Positions 27,731-37,357 of a DNA stretch of 64,000 bases are shown here, one piece after another. The position numbers and the translations under genes are program-made. The notes below the pieces were generated by a model. That model did no database searches and had not been told where the DNA came from. It was given only the letters and a program-made list of their open reading frames with translations. The stretch is from Candidatus Sericytochromatia bacterium (GTDB lineage Bacteria > Cyanobacteriota > Sericytochromatia > UBA7694), in assembly GCA_015272195.1 (NCBI GenBank), contig JACYMC010000023.1, positions 5,352-69,351 on the forward strand, given 5' to 3'. Numbering within the stretch: the stretch's first letter is position 1; each line of letters opens with the position of its first letter.

Positions 27731-28729
27731 TTAGCCCGAAGCATAATAGGCCGTCATCTTATCGAGAGAAATATGGAGGTTACCGCCATCCTGGGCACCT
27801 TCAAAACTCAGATTAAAGCTTGCCTGGACCTGTGATCCCGTGGGTAGACTCGAGCTGGCAGCCACGACCAGATTTTTAAACAGGCCTGAACTCAGCACCG
27901 CTCGGTATTCAACACTTGAGACCGCATCAAATAAAACTTTCTGAAACAAATTCTTGGCATTTCGTGCACGGGCACCTGCACCAAGTGGCCCGCTGAAACT
28001 ATTATCCAGAACATTGTGATCGGCTGTAGGCGCTGCGTCATCCGCATTTGTATTTGTATAAATAAAAGTGGGGGCCGCACCGCGCAAGTCACCAATTTGA
28101 AGCGTGTCAATCACCCGACTGTTACCGTTTGCGGGCAAGGGGCCAACAGTGACCAGCGTTGCCGTACCTGCAGCTCTCAGCGTGGGTGTGCCCCCACCAT
28201 AAGCGACACCTTCAAAAGTACCGTCAAAACCTTCTGCCTGCTGGACAGAGCCAGGCACAGGCGGCGGCCCAGGAACGAAGGCGCTGCCTGTTAAAGCGGG
28301 TGTGGCACCGGCAGACACGGTGGAAGAGCTCATCCAGCCCATCATAAAGTTATAAGCTGTACGGGCCGCACCGGCATCTGCAACTGTGGGCGTTGAGAGA
28401 CCGTTCATGGCGGGTTTGGGCGTACCGCCCCAGCGTGGGTTGGCCGCACTCATCGCCACATCCAGATCAGAGGCCAGGGCGTTGCTGAGCTGGGCAATCA
28501 GGGTCTGAATACGGGAATTCAGCAGGGCACGGTATTCAAACAGGAAGATCAGGTTGTCGTCATTCTGCTTATCGGTTTCTTCTTTTTTGAGGATTGCGCG
28601 GCTGGTAGGGTTCCAGACAAAGCCACTTGAGACACTGGCCATGCCCGTTGCCGTTGTGGTCAGACGCTGATTGTGCACATCGGCAGTTGTGAGCTTGACG
28701 CCCAGTTGCACGTTGCCAATTCCGGCCAT
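27731..28729 (-). CDS. Paralogue B (332 aa) of the conserved-termini family
   Basis: 'LIFLFEYRALLNSRIQTLIAQLSNALASDLD', 'DAGAARTAYNFMMGW', 'KNLFQKVLFDAV', 'SSLPTGSQVQASFNLSF', '...MTAYYASG'. The middle region is divergent. Confidence 0.6.
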   Translation of the reverse strand: MAGIGNVQLGVKLTTADVHNQRLTTTATGMASVSSGFVWNPTSRAILKKEETDKQNDDNLIFLFEYRALLNSRIQTLIAQLSNALASDLDVAMSAANPRWGGTPKPAMNGLSTPTVADAGAARTAYNFMMGWMSSSTVSAGATPALTGSAFVPGPPPVPGSVQQAEGFDGTFEGVAYGGGTPTLRAAGTATLVTVGPLPANGNSRVIDTLQIGDLRGAAPTFIYTNTNADDAAPTADHNVLDNSFSGPLGAGARARNAKNLFQKVLFDAVSSVEYRAVLSSGLFKNLVVAASSSLPTGSQVQASFNLSFEGAQDGGNLHISLDKMTAYYASG

Positions 28730-28786
28730 AATTTTATATTCTCCTGTTTAAATATCTTGTCTATCTCAAAGGACAACGCCCTGAAA

Positions 28787-29455
28787 TCAGGTGTTGTTAC
28801 GGTAAGCTGCAGAACCATTAACGGTTGTATCGTAATGAAACATGCGACTGATGGATCCGACTGAGCCCCAGTTATAAAACGAAGCATAGTTAATGGTCGA
28901 ACCATCCTGACGGTTATAAAAGCGCTGATCCGTCCAGCGAGGCGTAAAGGAATCACGATACATAATCGCACCACGACCACCCATGGCCGAGCCTTCTTCG
29001 GCGCCATCAAAAAACTCGCCATTGCCGGTAAAGCCTGCCTGAACAGTCCACTGCGCAAAAGTAGCAGCAACAGCACGCCATTGCAACTGAGCCTCCTGAC
29101 GCTTGAGAATAAATTCCGTGATGGACCGGATCACGTCGATAATATCGCGCGTATCGGTTTTACTGAGGACTGCTAGAAAGGTACTGACCGCTGAAGAAAC
29201 GAGTTTCATGCCGCCTCCCGCCGTCATCTCAGCCAGAGAGCCCTGGGCATCCACCTTTTTGCGGATTTCTGCAGCCAAAGCATTGGCGGCCTGAAAGCGC
29301 GACTGGATCAGCTGCTCAGCGTTATCCTGACCTTTGATGATATTCTGGCCCAGCGCTTGATTTACCGAGTTAAAAAAGCTCGGGATCTTTTCTTTGACGT
29401 CTTCCTTGGAGCGAGCCGCCAGAGCATCTGAGCGCATTGCTTGGATTGCGGGCAT
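28787..29455 (-). CDS. Hypothetical protein (222 aa), part of the novel operon
   Basis: Helical N-half, Gly/aromatic-rich C-half ('FYNRQDGSTINYASFYNWGS'). Co-directional with short gaps to its neighbours. Confidence 0.45.
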   Translation of the reverse strand: MPAIQAMRSDALAARSKEDVKEKIPSFFNSVNQALGQNIIKGQDNAEQLIQSRFQAANALAAEIRKKVDAQGSLAEMTAGGGMKLVSSAVSTFLAVLSKTDTRDIIDVIRSITEFILKRQEAQLQWRAVAATFAQWTVQAGFTGNGEFFDGAEEGSAMGGRGAIMYRDSFTPRWTDQRFYNRQDGSTINYASFYNWGSVGSISRMFHYDTTVNGSAAYRNNT

Positions 29456-29475
29456 AAAACAAACCTCTTATAGAA

Positions 29476-29949
29476 TTAGATAAAGGGGTTGGCATTCAAT
29501 GCCTGTACCGCTTTATCAGAGCCAACGCGCATGATATTCAGGCGCTTCATATCTTCTTCAACCGCTTCAAGTTCAGCATTGGCTTTGCTGATATCGAGCA
29601 GCTTGGTGATCACGTTACCGACACCATTCACAATATCGGCCCAGCCGGACTTTTTGCTGTCACCGCTCGGACGGGTGCTGTTGACGACCGTGCCCAGCAG
29701 AGACACCACAGCCGCTGCGGCAGCAATTTTAGCCGCTTTTTTACTTGCATCAGCAGCAATTTCTTTAAATCTGAGGTCAGCCGCTTTGAGATCAAGATCA
29801 GCTTTTTCTTCGGCGCGCGCGTCCTTTTCGGCCATCACACTGGTGGTGATCAGGTTGTTGTTGCGCAGCATGCGCTGTTGTTCAACAGCAGTCAGCCCAA
29901 GTTCTGAAACAGCGCGGGTCATGTTTCCGGCAGAAGCCCATGCAGTCAT
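29476..29949 (-). CDS. Hypothetical coiled-coil protein with a central hydrophobic (possibly TM) segment; first gene of the novel operon
   Basis: 157 aa. 'KKAAKIAAAAAVVSLLGTVVN' hydrophobic stretch. An AAGGAAG Shine-Dalgarno sits about 10 nt upstream of the ATG. Confidence 0.45.
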   Translation of the reverse strand: MTAWASAGNMTRAVSELGLTAVEQQRMLRNNNLITTSVMAEKDARAEEKADLDLKAADLRFKEIAADASKKAAKIAAAAAVVSLLGTVVNSTRPSGDSKKSGWADIVNGVGNVITKLLDISKANAELEAVEEDMKRLNIMRVGSDKAVQALNANPFI

Positions 29950-30098
29950 AATTCAATACTTCCTTTACAATGAGATGAAGACTCGTTACTTATCTGTGCA
30001 GGGGTCTTTCGGCTGAAGCCATTTAATTCTGGCTTAACATAAAAAACACAGAAAAAAACTTTTTTTTAAAACATTAAGTCTGCGCAGGACCTGATTCA

Positions 30099-30115
30099 TA
30101 CGTTAGTATACGTTA
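30099..30115 (+). promoter_or_regulatory. Direct repeat TACGTTA-gta-TACGTTA (10-bp period) in the divergent uvrA / novel-operon intergenic region; candidate operator
   Basis: Exact 7-mer repeated one helical turn apart, 42 nt upstream of the uvrA ATG, in an AT-rich 207-bp intergenic region. Confidence 0.25.
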
Positions 30116-30156
30116 AGACATTCAACCTTGCCGCACAGAACCAAAGGATCCTCACC

Positions 30157-33066
30157 ATGCACAGCCATATTCATATTAAAAATGCCAATGAGCACAACCT
30201 GAAACAGGTCAGCCTGCATCTGCCGCGCAACCAGATGATCGTTTTTACCGGGGTCAGCGGTTCAGGCAAATCGAGCCTGGCTTTTGACACCATTTTTGCC
30301 GAAGGTCAGCGGCGTTATGTGGAGTCCCTCTCAGCCTATGCGCGCCAGTTTCTGGGCCAGATGCAAAAACCGGACGTTGAAAGCATCGAAGGGCTCTCGC
30401 CGGCCATCTCGATCGATCAGAAGTCCACCAGCCACAATCCCCGCTCCACGGTCGGCACGGTGACGGAGATCTATGACTATCTGCGCCTGCTCTATGCCCG
30501 CATTGGCATCCCCCACTGCCCGGACTGCGGACAGGCCATCCGCTCCCAGAGTATCGATCAGATCGTGGATCAGGTCACAGCCCTACCAGACGATACCCGA
30601 CTGTATATTCTGGCCCCCCTGATCCGAGGGCGCAAAGGCGAGTACAAAAGCCTGCTGGATAACCTGCAGCGCGAAGGCTTTACCCGTGTCAAGGTGGACG
30701 GCGCTTACCGGGAGCTGGACGAAGACATTCAGCTCAGCAAAACCCACAAACACGATCTGGATCTGGTGGTGGACCGCCTCAAGCTCAAATCAGAATCCCA
30801 CACCCGCCTGACCGAATCCCTGCAGCTGGCGCTCGATAAAGGTGAGGGACGGGTACTGGTAGAAGCCATGGACGGGAGTTTCTCACAGCTGTATAACCAG
30901 AATCACGCCTGCCCGGACTGCGGTTTCAGCTTTCCGGAAATTTCACCGCGTCTGTTTTCATTCAACAGCCCTTTTGGGGCCTGTGCTGACTGCCATGGCC
31001 TGGGCTCACGCCAGGAAATCGCCGTCGATAAGATTGTGCCCGACCCTGGCCTGAGTCTGAACCAGGGCGCCATTCGCCCCTGGGCCCGCAGCCTGGATCA
31101 GTCGGGCGGCTCTTATTTAAAGACCCTGCTGACCAGCCTGCAACAAGAGCTCCATTTTTCGCTGGATACCCCCTTTGAAAAGCTGCCCAAAAATATTCAA
31201 AAGGTCCTGCTGCATGGCCACGACAGCCGCATCAAGGTCGATTACCAGAGCCAGAGCAAAGGGCAGATGCAGTACAGCTTTTACACCCGCTTTGAAGGGG
31301 TAATTCCCCGTTTGCAGCGCCTGTATGCTGAAAGCAACTCCGAAGCCAGCCGCAGTGAAGCCGAGCGCTACATGGAAAAACTGCCCTGCGACAGCTGCCA
31401 CGGCCAGCGCCTGCAGCCCGCCAGTCTGGCGGTCAGGGTACAGGGCCACAGCATCGCTGACGTGACCGATCTCTCGCTGGAAAAATTTGCCCGCTGGCTC
31501 GAAAACCTCGATCTGAACGCCCGCGAACGCCTGATCGCGGAGCTGATTCTACGCGAGCTCAAAGAGCGCAGCAGCTTTCTGCTGAACGTGGGGCTGGACT
31601 ATCTCAGCCTGAACCGCAGTGCCAACACGCTGTCAGGCGGTGAGGCCCAGCGCATTCGCCTGGCCACCCAGATTGGTTCGGGCCTGGTGGGCGTGCTGTA
31701 TATTCTGGATGAACCCAGTATCGGCCTGCACCAACGCGATAACCGCCGCCTGCTGGATACGCTCAAGCGCCTGCGGGATCTGGGCAATACCCTGATTGTG
31801 GTCGAGCATGACGAAGACACGATCACCGAGGCGGACTACCTGGTGGATATCGGCCCCCTGGCCGGCCGCCACGGCGGGCAGATTGTGGCCCAGGGCAATC
31901 TGGAAACCCTCTGCAACACCCCGGAATCGCTGACCGGTCAGTATCTCAGCGGTCAGAAGCGCATTCCTGTGCCTGCCAAACGACAGGCTGGTAACGGCAA
32001 AGCCCTGACAATCCGGGGCGCGCGCAAAAACAACCTCAAAAACATTGATGTCAGCATTCCGCTCGGTCAGCTGATCTGCGTCACCGGCGTCAGTGGCTCA
32101 GGCAAATCGACCCTGATCAATGAAATTCTGGCGCCTTACGTGGAGCATCACCTGCACCGCAACCAGCCCCGGCCGCTGGATGTGGACGCTGTCGAAGGCC
32201 TGGAGCATCTCGACAAGCTGATCCGCATTGATCAGTCTCCCATCGGGCGCACGCCCCGCTCCAACCCGGCCACCTATACGGGCTTGTTTACACCCATCCG
32301 CGAACTCTTTGCCCAGAGCGTGGAAGCCAAAATCCGGGGCTATAAACCCGGACGCTTCAGTTTCAACGTCAAAGGCGGACGCTGTGAATCCTGCCAGGGC
32401 GACGGCATGCTCAAGATTGAAATGCACTTTTTGCCCGATGTCTATGTGCCCTGCGAAGTCTGCAAAGGCCAGCGCTATAACCGCGAAACCCTGGCCGTGC
32501 TCTGGAAAGGCGCCTCGATTGCCGACGTGCTCAATATGACCGTCGAAGAAGCCCTGGAGCACTTTGACCAGATTCCTGCCATCCAGCGCAAGCTGCAGAC
32601 CCTGATGGATGTCGGCCTGAACTATATCCAGCTGGGCCAGGCCGCGACCACCCTCTCCGGCGGCGAAGCCCAGCGGGTCAAGCTGGCCACCGAGCTGAGC
32701 AAGCGCAGCACGGGGCAGACCCTCTATCTGCTGGATGAGCCCACCACCGGCCTGCATTTTGCTGACGTGGCCAAACTACTGGAGGTCATGCTGCGCCTGG
32801 TGCGCAAGGGCAACACCGTCCTGGTGATTGAGCATAATCTGGACGTGATCAAGGTCGCCGACCACCTGATCGATCTGGGACCGGAAGGCGGCCATCGGGG
32901 CGGACAGGTGCTGGTGCAGGGCACGCCCGAAACCGTGGCGGCCCATCCAGAGTCTTTTACCGGCCAGTTTCTGAAGCCTTTGCTTAACACAAAAGCATCT
33001 GCCAAAAGTAAGCCCACTGCAGCGCCTAAAAAAAAGGTCAGCCGTAAAAAAGCGCGCTCAGCCTGA
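30157..33066 (+). CDS. uvrA: Excinuclease ABC subunit A
   Basis: 969 aa. Two ABC modules ('[10 protein letters not shown]', 'LSGGEAQR' twice, '[10 protein letters not shown]') plus zinc-finger cysteines 'CPDCG...C', 'CESCQGDG'. Confidence 0.95.
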   Translation: MHSHIHIKNANEHNLKQVSLHLPRNQMIVFTGVSGSGKSSLAFDTIFAEGQRRYVESLSAYARQFLGQMQKPDVESIEGLSPAISIDQKSTSHNPRSTVGTVTEIYDYLRLLYARIGIPHCPDCGQAIRSQSIDQIVDQVTALPDDTRLYILAPLIRGRKGEYKSLLDNLQREGFTRVKVDGAYRELDEDIQLSKTHKHDLDLVVDRLKLKSESHTRLTESLQLALDKGEGRVLVEAMDGSFSQLYNQNHACPDCGFSFPEISPRLFSFNSPFGACADCHGLGSRQEIAVDKIVPDPGLSLNQGAIRPWARSLDQSGGSYLKTLLTSLQQELHFSLDTPFEKLPKNIQKVLLHGHDSRIKVDYQSQSKGQMQYSFYTRFEGVIPRLQRLYAESNSEASRSEAERYMEKLPCDSCHGQRLQPASLAVRVQGHSIADVTDLSLEKFARWLENLDLNARERLIAELILRELKERSSFLLNVGLDYLSLNRSANTLSGGEAQRIRLATQIGSGLVGVLYILDEPSIGLHQRDNRRLLDTLKRLRDLGNTLIVVEHDEDTITEADYLVDIGPLAGRHGGQIVAQGNLETLCNTPESLTGQYLSGQKRIPVPAKRQAGNGKALTIRGARKNNLKNIDVSIPLGQLICVTGVSGSGKSTLINEILAPYVEHHLHRNQPRPLDVDAVEGLEHLDKLIRIDQSPIGRTPRSNPATYTGLFTPIRELFAQSVEAKIRGYKPGRFSFNVKGGRCESCQGDGMLKIEMHFLPDVYVPCEVCKGQRYNRETLAVLWKGASIADVLNMTVEEALEHFDQIPAIQRKLQTLMDVGLNYIQLGQAATTLSGGEAQRVKLATELSKRSTGQTLYLLDEPTTGLHFADVAKLLEVMLRLVRKGNTVLVIEHNLDVIKVADHLIDLGPEGGHRGGQVLVQGTPETVAAHPESFTGQFLKPLLNTKASAKSKPTAAPKKKVSRKKARSA

Positions 33067-35073
33067 AGCAGGAAACAAGCTGTTCAGGAAATCCTGCATG
33101 GCAGCGGCCGCGCGATGATCTTCCCAGATGCGGGCGGCGTTGTTGCGGAGCCGCTGCTGAATAGTCTGGCGCAGGTCAGGGCTGTTGAGCAATTCTATTA
33201 CGCGGGTCATATAGGCTACGGGGCTTTCAACCACGCCTTCAGGGTAGCCTATCTGCTGGCAAAGCGCTGCCTGAATGCGTCCGCGCAGGTACTCCCCCGG
33301 CCAGGTCACCACGGGCAGCCCCCAGGCCAGCATTTGATAGGCCGTATTGCCTGAGCCATAATAAAAGGTATCCAGCCCCACATCGGCAATCTGAATCAAA
33401 CCCAGAAAGTCCGCGTTAGCCAGCGGTGGAAAAATCCAGATACGCGGCATCACATCGGGCATGACCTCAGCAAAACGACGGCTGAGTTCCTCGGCCTGCC
33501 AGTCTTCTTTGGCGGCCACCAGCGCCAGTTGGGCTGTGGGCACAGCCCGCAGCACGGTCGCCAGCACCCGGTCAAAATCAGGATGAAACTTCAACAGGTT
33601 TTGCGCACAGAGCAGAACCGGCGCCTCAGGATCCAGGCCAAAATCTGCCCGGCTGCGAGGGGGCTCAGGGAAAACGGTCTGCATGGGCAATGAAGGGAGA
33701 CAGGGCCAGCAGATCAGTTTTTCGCTGTAATGCTGCTGGGCAGACGGGGACTCCAGCAGCGTGGAAGAGAGAAAGTAGTCAATTTGCTTTAAGCCACTGG
33801 TGCCGACGTTGATCCAATTGCTCAGCTGCACAGGGGCCATGCGCAGACTGGCCAGGGCATATTGCTGAAACTGCCAGCTGGGCTCGGTAAAAAAAGCCAG
33901 CTGTAAATGCGCTTCGCGCATCAAGGTGGCTGCTGCCTGCAGGTTTTCGGGCAGTACATAAAAGGCTTTTGCCTTTTGGAAACGATGGGGACTGTCAGGC
34001 TGCTGCCAGTGGGCTGGCAAGTGCCCCTGCACAAAGACATGCAGCTCAAAACGCTCATCAAGTTGCTCCAGCAGGTTGCCCAGGGCCATATAGACCATAA
34101 CGGCACTGCCCGGCGCCAGAACCAGCCCCACACGGATGGGCCCGGCCTGCGCCCGCGCTTCGGGCAAAGGCGGTAGCTGCGGCAGATGATAATAACAGAG
34201 CTGGGCAAAAGCCTGCCACAGCGGGCGCAGCGATACAGGGGCATAGTTAAACTGAGCCATTTGCCGGTGCAAAACGGTCAGGCAAAAAAAATGTTCCGGG
34301 CTGGCCGCGCTTTCAACAGACTGAAGCCCAGGCTGGGTCAGGCTGCTCAGTCCAAACTGCAGGGCCTGATAATCGCGCAGCCAGGCCTGCGCTTCGGTTT
34401 TAATGGGCGAGTGGCAAAGCGTGGCCTGCAGCTGCCAGAAAGCGGGCCAGCGACTGTGCGGCAAGACTTCCTGATACATCTGCCGGGCTGCGGCAAAGCG
34501 GCCGTGCTGCGTCAGCAAAAGCCCCCCCATCATGGCCAGCAGATCCGGGCTGGTGCCATGCCAGCGCGACAGAGCCTGTAAACAGTCCAGCGCTGTTTGC
34601 AGCGCCCCCCGATCGGCCAGCAGCTGAAACAGCGCCAGGCAGGTTTCCACACTGAGATCACCCTGTTCCAGGGCCTGCAAATAAAGTGACAGCGCCAGAT
34701 CACTCAGCCCACAACTTTGACAGTCTGCTGCCAGCTGACGATAAAAAAGCCCGTCGGCCACAAAAGTCGGTTGCTGCAGGCAGCGCAGCAGAAGCTGTAC
34801 AGCACGGGGCAGATGGCCCTGCTGACGGGCCAGATGTCCTGCCTGCTGCAGAACATTCGGATCACGCGGGGCCAGATAGAGCGCCCGGTTCAGGGCCTGC
34901 TCGGCCTCAGGCAGCTCATCCTGCTGCAGATGCCATTCAGCCAGCTGTCGCCAAAAAGCGGGGTGCTGGGCTGAGCGAGCATATAAACGGCGCAGAACAC
35001 GTTTCTGATGGGCGCCTGTGCTGTTGTTCAGATGACGCAGCCAGCGCCGGGGAAAATCAGCGGCATTTCTCAT
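33058..35073 (-). CDS. TPR repeat protein with a C-terminal GT41 (O-GlcNAc transferase / SPINDLY-like) glycosyltransferase domain
   Basis: N-terminal TPRs. C-terminal '[30 protein letters not shown]...[10 protein letters not shown]...[24 protein letters not shown]' is characteristic of the COG3914 OGT-like family. Confidence 0.7.
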   Translation of the reverse strand: MRNAADFPRRWLRHLNNSTGAHQKRVLRRLYARSAQHPAFWRQLAEWHLQQDELPEAEQALNRALYLAPRDPNVLQQAGHLARQQGHLPRAVQLLLRCLQQPTFVADGLFYRQLAADCQSCGLSDLALSLYLQALEQGDLSVETCLALFQLLADRGALQTALDCLQALSRWHGTSPDLLAMMGGLLLTQHGRFAAARQMYQEVLPHSRWPAFWQLQATLCHSPIKTEAQAWLRDYQALQFGLSSLTQPGLQSVESAASPEHFFCLTVLHRQMAQFNYAPVSLRPLWQAFAQLCYYHLPQLPPLPEARAQAGPIRVGLVLAPGSAVMVYMALGNLLEQLDERFELHVFVQGHLPAHWQQPDSPHRFQKAKAFYVLPENLQAAATLMREAHLQLAFFTEPSWQFQQYALASLRMAPVQLSNWINVGTSGLKQIDYFLSSTLLESPSAQQHYSEKLICWPCLPSLPMQTVFPEPPRSRADFGLDPEAPVLLCAQNLLKFHPDFDRVLATVLRAVPTAQLALVAAKEDWQAEELSRRFAEVMPDVMPRIWIFPPLANADFLGLIQIADVGLDTFYYGSGNTAYQMLAWGLPVVTWPGEYLRGRIQAALCQQIGYPEGVVESPVAYMTRVIELLNSPDLRQTIQQRLRNNAARIWEDHRAAAAMQDFLNSLFPASG

Positions 35074-37121
35074 GACAACATGTGCTCCAGACTGCGATGC
35101 AGTTTTTCTTTGATATCCGGAGGTTCAAACAGGCGCCAGGCAGTGCAGCGCAGGTGCTGCTGAATCGCCTTGCGGGCTGCAGGATCAGCGCCCAGGGCCA
35201 CGGCCTTTTGAATATAGGCTTCAGGTGAGGCCACAATGCCCTCAGTATAATCTACCCGACGGCAAAGGGCCGCTGTGGCCTGGCCCGTCAGACCAGGTGT
35301 GGGCAGGGTGACCAGCGGCGCTCCCCAGGCCAGGGTCTGGTAGGTGGTGGTGCCGCCCCCATAGTAAAGGGTATCCAGCACCACGTCACTCAGCTGAAGC
35401 AGCTGTAAAAACTGCACATTGGGCAGGGCCGGAAAGACCCAGATTCGAGGCATCAGCTCAGGCATCACGTGTTCAAAGCGCCGGGTCAGCTGCTGGGCCA
35501 GCGCCGCATCCACATCGGCCACCAGCAAGAGCTGCCCCTGAGGGTCAGCGTTTAAAATACCGGCCAGCAGAGCATCAAAATCCGGATGAAATTTGCGGGG
35601 ATTCTGCAGACAGGTATACAGATGTGCCGCCGGATCCAAACCAAATTCTGAGCGGGGTACGGGCTCCGGAAAAACAATCTGCGGCATCCAGCAGGGCAGG
35701 GCATCCCACAGAATCAATTGCTCTGAATAATCCTGCTGATCGCCTGTCGGGTGAAAATCAGCCACCGACAAAAAGTAATCCATGGTGGCCAATCCGGTGC
35801 TGCTGGCATTCATCACAGAGGTGCACTGGGCCGGCGCCACCCGGCAGGCCGCCAGGAAATACTGCTTAAAATCCCAGCTTGGCTCTGTAAACCAGGCGAT
35901 ATCGAGGCGGGCTTGCCGGAGCTGGGTCAGGTGATCTTCAAGATCTCCCTGCAGCACATGGGCCCGTATGGCGGGATTGCGCACATGATAGGGCCGCGCC
36001 TGATCAAGCAGCTCATGCACCCGCTCCCCAAAACAAAAAAGACTGACCTGAAAAGCGGCTGGGTCCAGCAAATCCACCATGGCCAGCACATAAATATAAC
36101 TCATCCAGACGCTGCGGGCAGCCATAATGATGCCCAGGTGTATCGGTCGTGCGGACTGCGGGGCACGCTGCAGCGGATCGGTTTTGGCCGCCAGACCGGC
36201 GGGCTCAATCAGAGTAGCCAGCAGTTGAGCAAACTGCTGGCGCCAGGCCAGCGGCAGACCGTTGACATAGATCAGGCGAAACAAGCCGGAGTAGATGCTG
36301 TTTAGGACCGTAAAGCCCTGATTTTTGAAGCGCAGCGGCTGTTGACGCAGCTGGTTCAGCGTCCGGTTAAGGGCCTTTGGGACCCCGGCAGCCCAGCGTT
36401 CAAAATCGGCCAGGTCCTGCACAATCACCGGATAGGTCAAGGCCCGTTTCAGCCGCAGCAGGATTTGGTGGGGATTAAATTGCAGGGCCGCATCATAGCA
36501 GGCCAGGGCTGCTGGAATATCATATTTTTTTTCGTAGAGAAAACCCAGCGCAAAAGCCAGCCGATCGCGGGGCATGGGGTAGAGCTGCGCCAGGCGTTGC
36601 AGCCACTCAATAGCCTGGGCTATTTCTTCGGGGGTATCGGCATCACTGAACAGCCCAAGACACACATTCAGGTCCACATAACCTGACTCCAGCGCCCGCA
36701 AAAAATAGTGCTGAGAGCGCTGCGGCTGCTGCAGCTGTTTAAAACTTTCACCTAAAAAATAAAAAACCTGCCGGGCAGGAGCAGGCGGCTGGCAGGCCAG
36801 ATACGCTTCCAGCGCGGTGGCGGCTGTCTGAAAATGCCCCAGCTGAAAAGCGGTTTTGCCCATGCGGTACAGCGCCGCTTCATGCACCGGCTGCAGCCAG
36901 AGCACCCGGCGATACAGCTGAAGCGCCCGCTCCGGCTGCAGCTGCTCCTGACTGCGGGCCAGCTCATACCAGACCTCAGGCGCCTGTCTGAAGCGCTGCA
37001 GCAAGCGGCGTACGGCCCGCTGAACGCGCTCGGTGCGCCCCTGGCGCCGCCAGTGCCGGATACGCAGCAGGGGCCGGCGCGAACGGCGGGCTGGCAGTGA
37101 CTGCGTACGTGGGCCCATCAC
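35070..37121 (-). CDS. TPR repeat protein with a C-terminal GT41 (OGT/SPINDLY-like) glycosyltransferase domain; paralogue of 33058..35073
   Basis: 'MDYFLSVADFHPTGDQQDYSEQLILWDALP...QNPRKFHPDF...LDTLYYGGGTTTYQTLAWGAPLVT'. Stop overlaps the neighbour's start (4 nt). Confidence 0.7.
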   Translation of the reverse strand: MMGPRTQSLPARRSRRPLLRIRHWRRQGRTERVQRAVRRLLQRFRQAPEVWYELARSQEQLQPERALQLYRRVLWLQPVHEAALYRMGKTAFQLGHFQTAATALEAYLACQPPAPARQVFYFLGESFKQLQQPQRSQHYFLRALESGYVDLNVCLGLFSDADTPEEIAQAIEWLQRLAQLYPMPRDRLAFALGFLYEKKYDIPAALACYDAALQFNPHQILLRLKRALTYPVIVQDLADFERWAAGVPKALNRTLNQLRQQPLRFKNQGFTVLNSIYSGLFRLIYVNGLPLAWRQQFAQLLATLIEPAGLAAKTDPLQRAPQSARPIHLGIIMAARSVWMSYIYVLAMVDLLDPAAFQVSLFCFGERVHELLDQARPYHVRNPAIRAHVLQGDLEDHLTQLRQARLDIAWFTEPSWDFKQYFLAACRVAPAQCTSVMNASSTGLATMDYFLSVADFHPTGDQQDYSEQLILWDALPCWMPQIVFPEPVPRSEFGLDPAAHLYTCLQNPRKFHPDFDALLAGILNADPQGQLLLVADVDAALAQQLTRRFEHVMPELMPRIWVFPALPNVQFLQLLQLSDVVLDTLYYGGGTTTYQTLAWGAPLVTLPTPGLTGQATAALCRRVDYTEGIVASPEAYIQKAVALGADPAARKAIQQHLRCTAWRLFEPPDIKEKLHRSLEHMLS

Positions 37122-37357
37122 AGGCGAAAAACCCCATAAGGATCACGGGGGCTCTTAATCTGCGCTGAAAGGGCCTGGGCAGCAGCTGCTGCTGCCGCGC
37201 GCACTTCTGGCTGCAGATCGTGCTTCAGGCAGTCCACCAGCCAGGCAATGGCTTCAGGCCGTCCGGCGGCTTGTAAGGCGGCGATGGCCCGTAGACGGAT
37301 GGCCGGATCCGGACTGTACAGCTCATCTTTTGTGCTGTTTTTGCTCACACACATCAT
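37118..37357 (-). CDS. Small HEAT-repeat-like protein (79 aa)
   Basis: 'PDPAIRLRAIAALQAAGRPEAIAWLVDCLKHDLQPEVRAAAAAA' matches HEAT/PBS-lyase repeat spacing. 4-nt overlaps with genes on both sides. Confidence 0.4.
   Translation of the reverse strand: MMCVSKNSTKDELYSPDPAIRLRAIAALQAAGRPEAIAWLVDCLKHDLQPEVRAAAAAAAQALSAQIKSPRDPYGVFRL

Noticed and set aside
18090-29949. Considered whether the novel operon is a prophage tail/fibre module or a flagellar locus
   Set aside because: No terminase, portal, capsid, sheath, tube, baseplate or integrase genes, and no att-like repeats flanking it. No flagellar T3SS export, motor or rod genes, and the termini do not match flagellin D0 consensus. It is retained as a novel family with flagellar-like architecture only by analogy.
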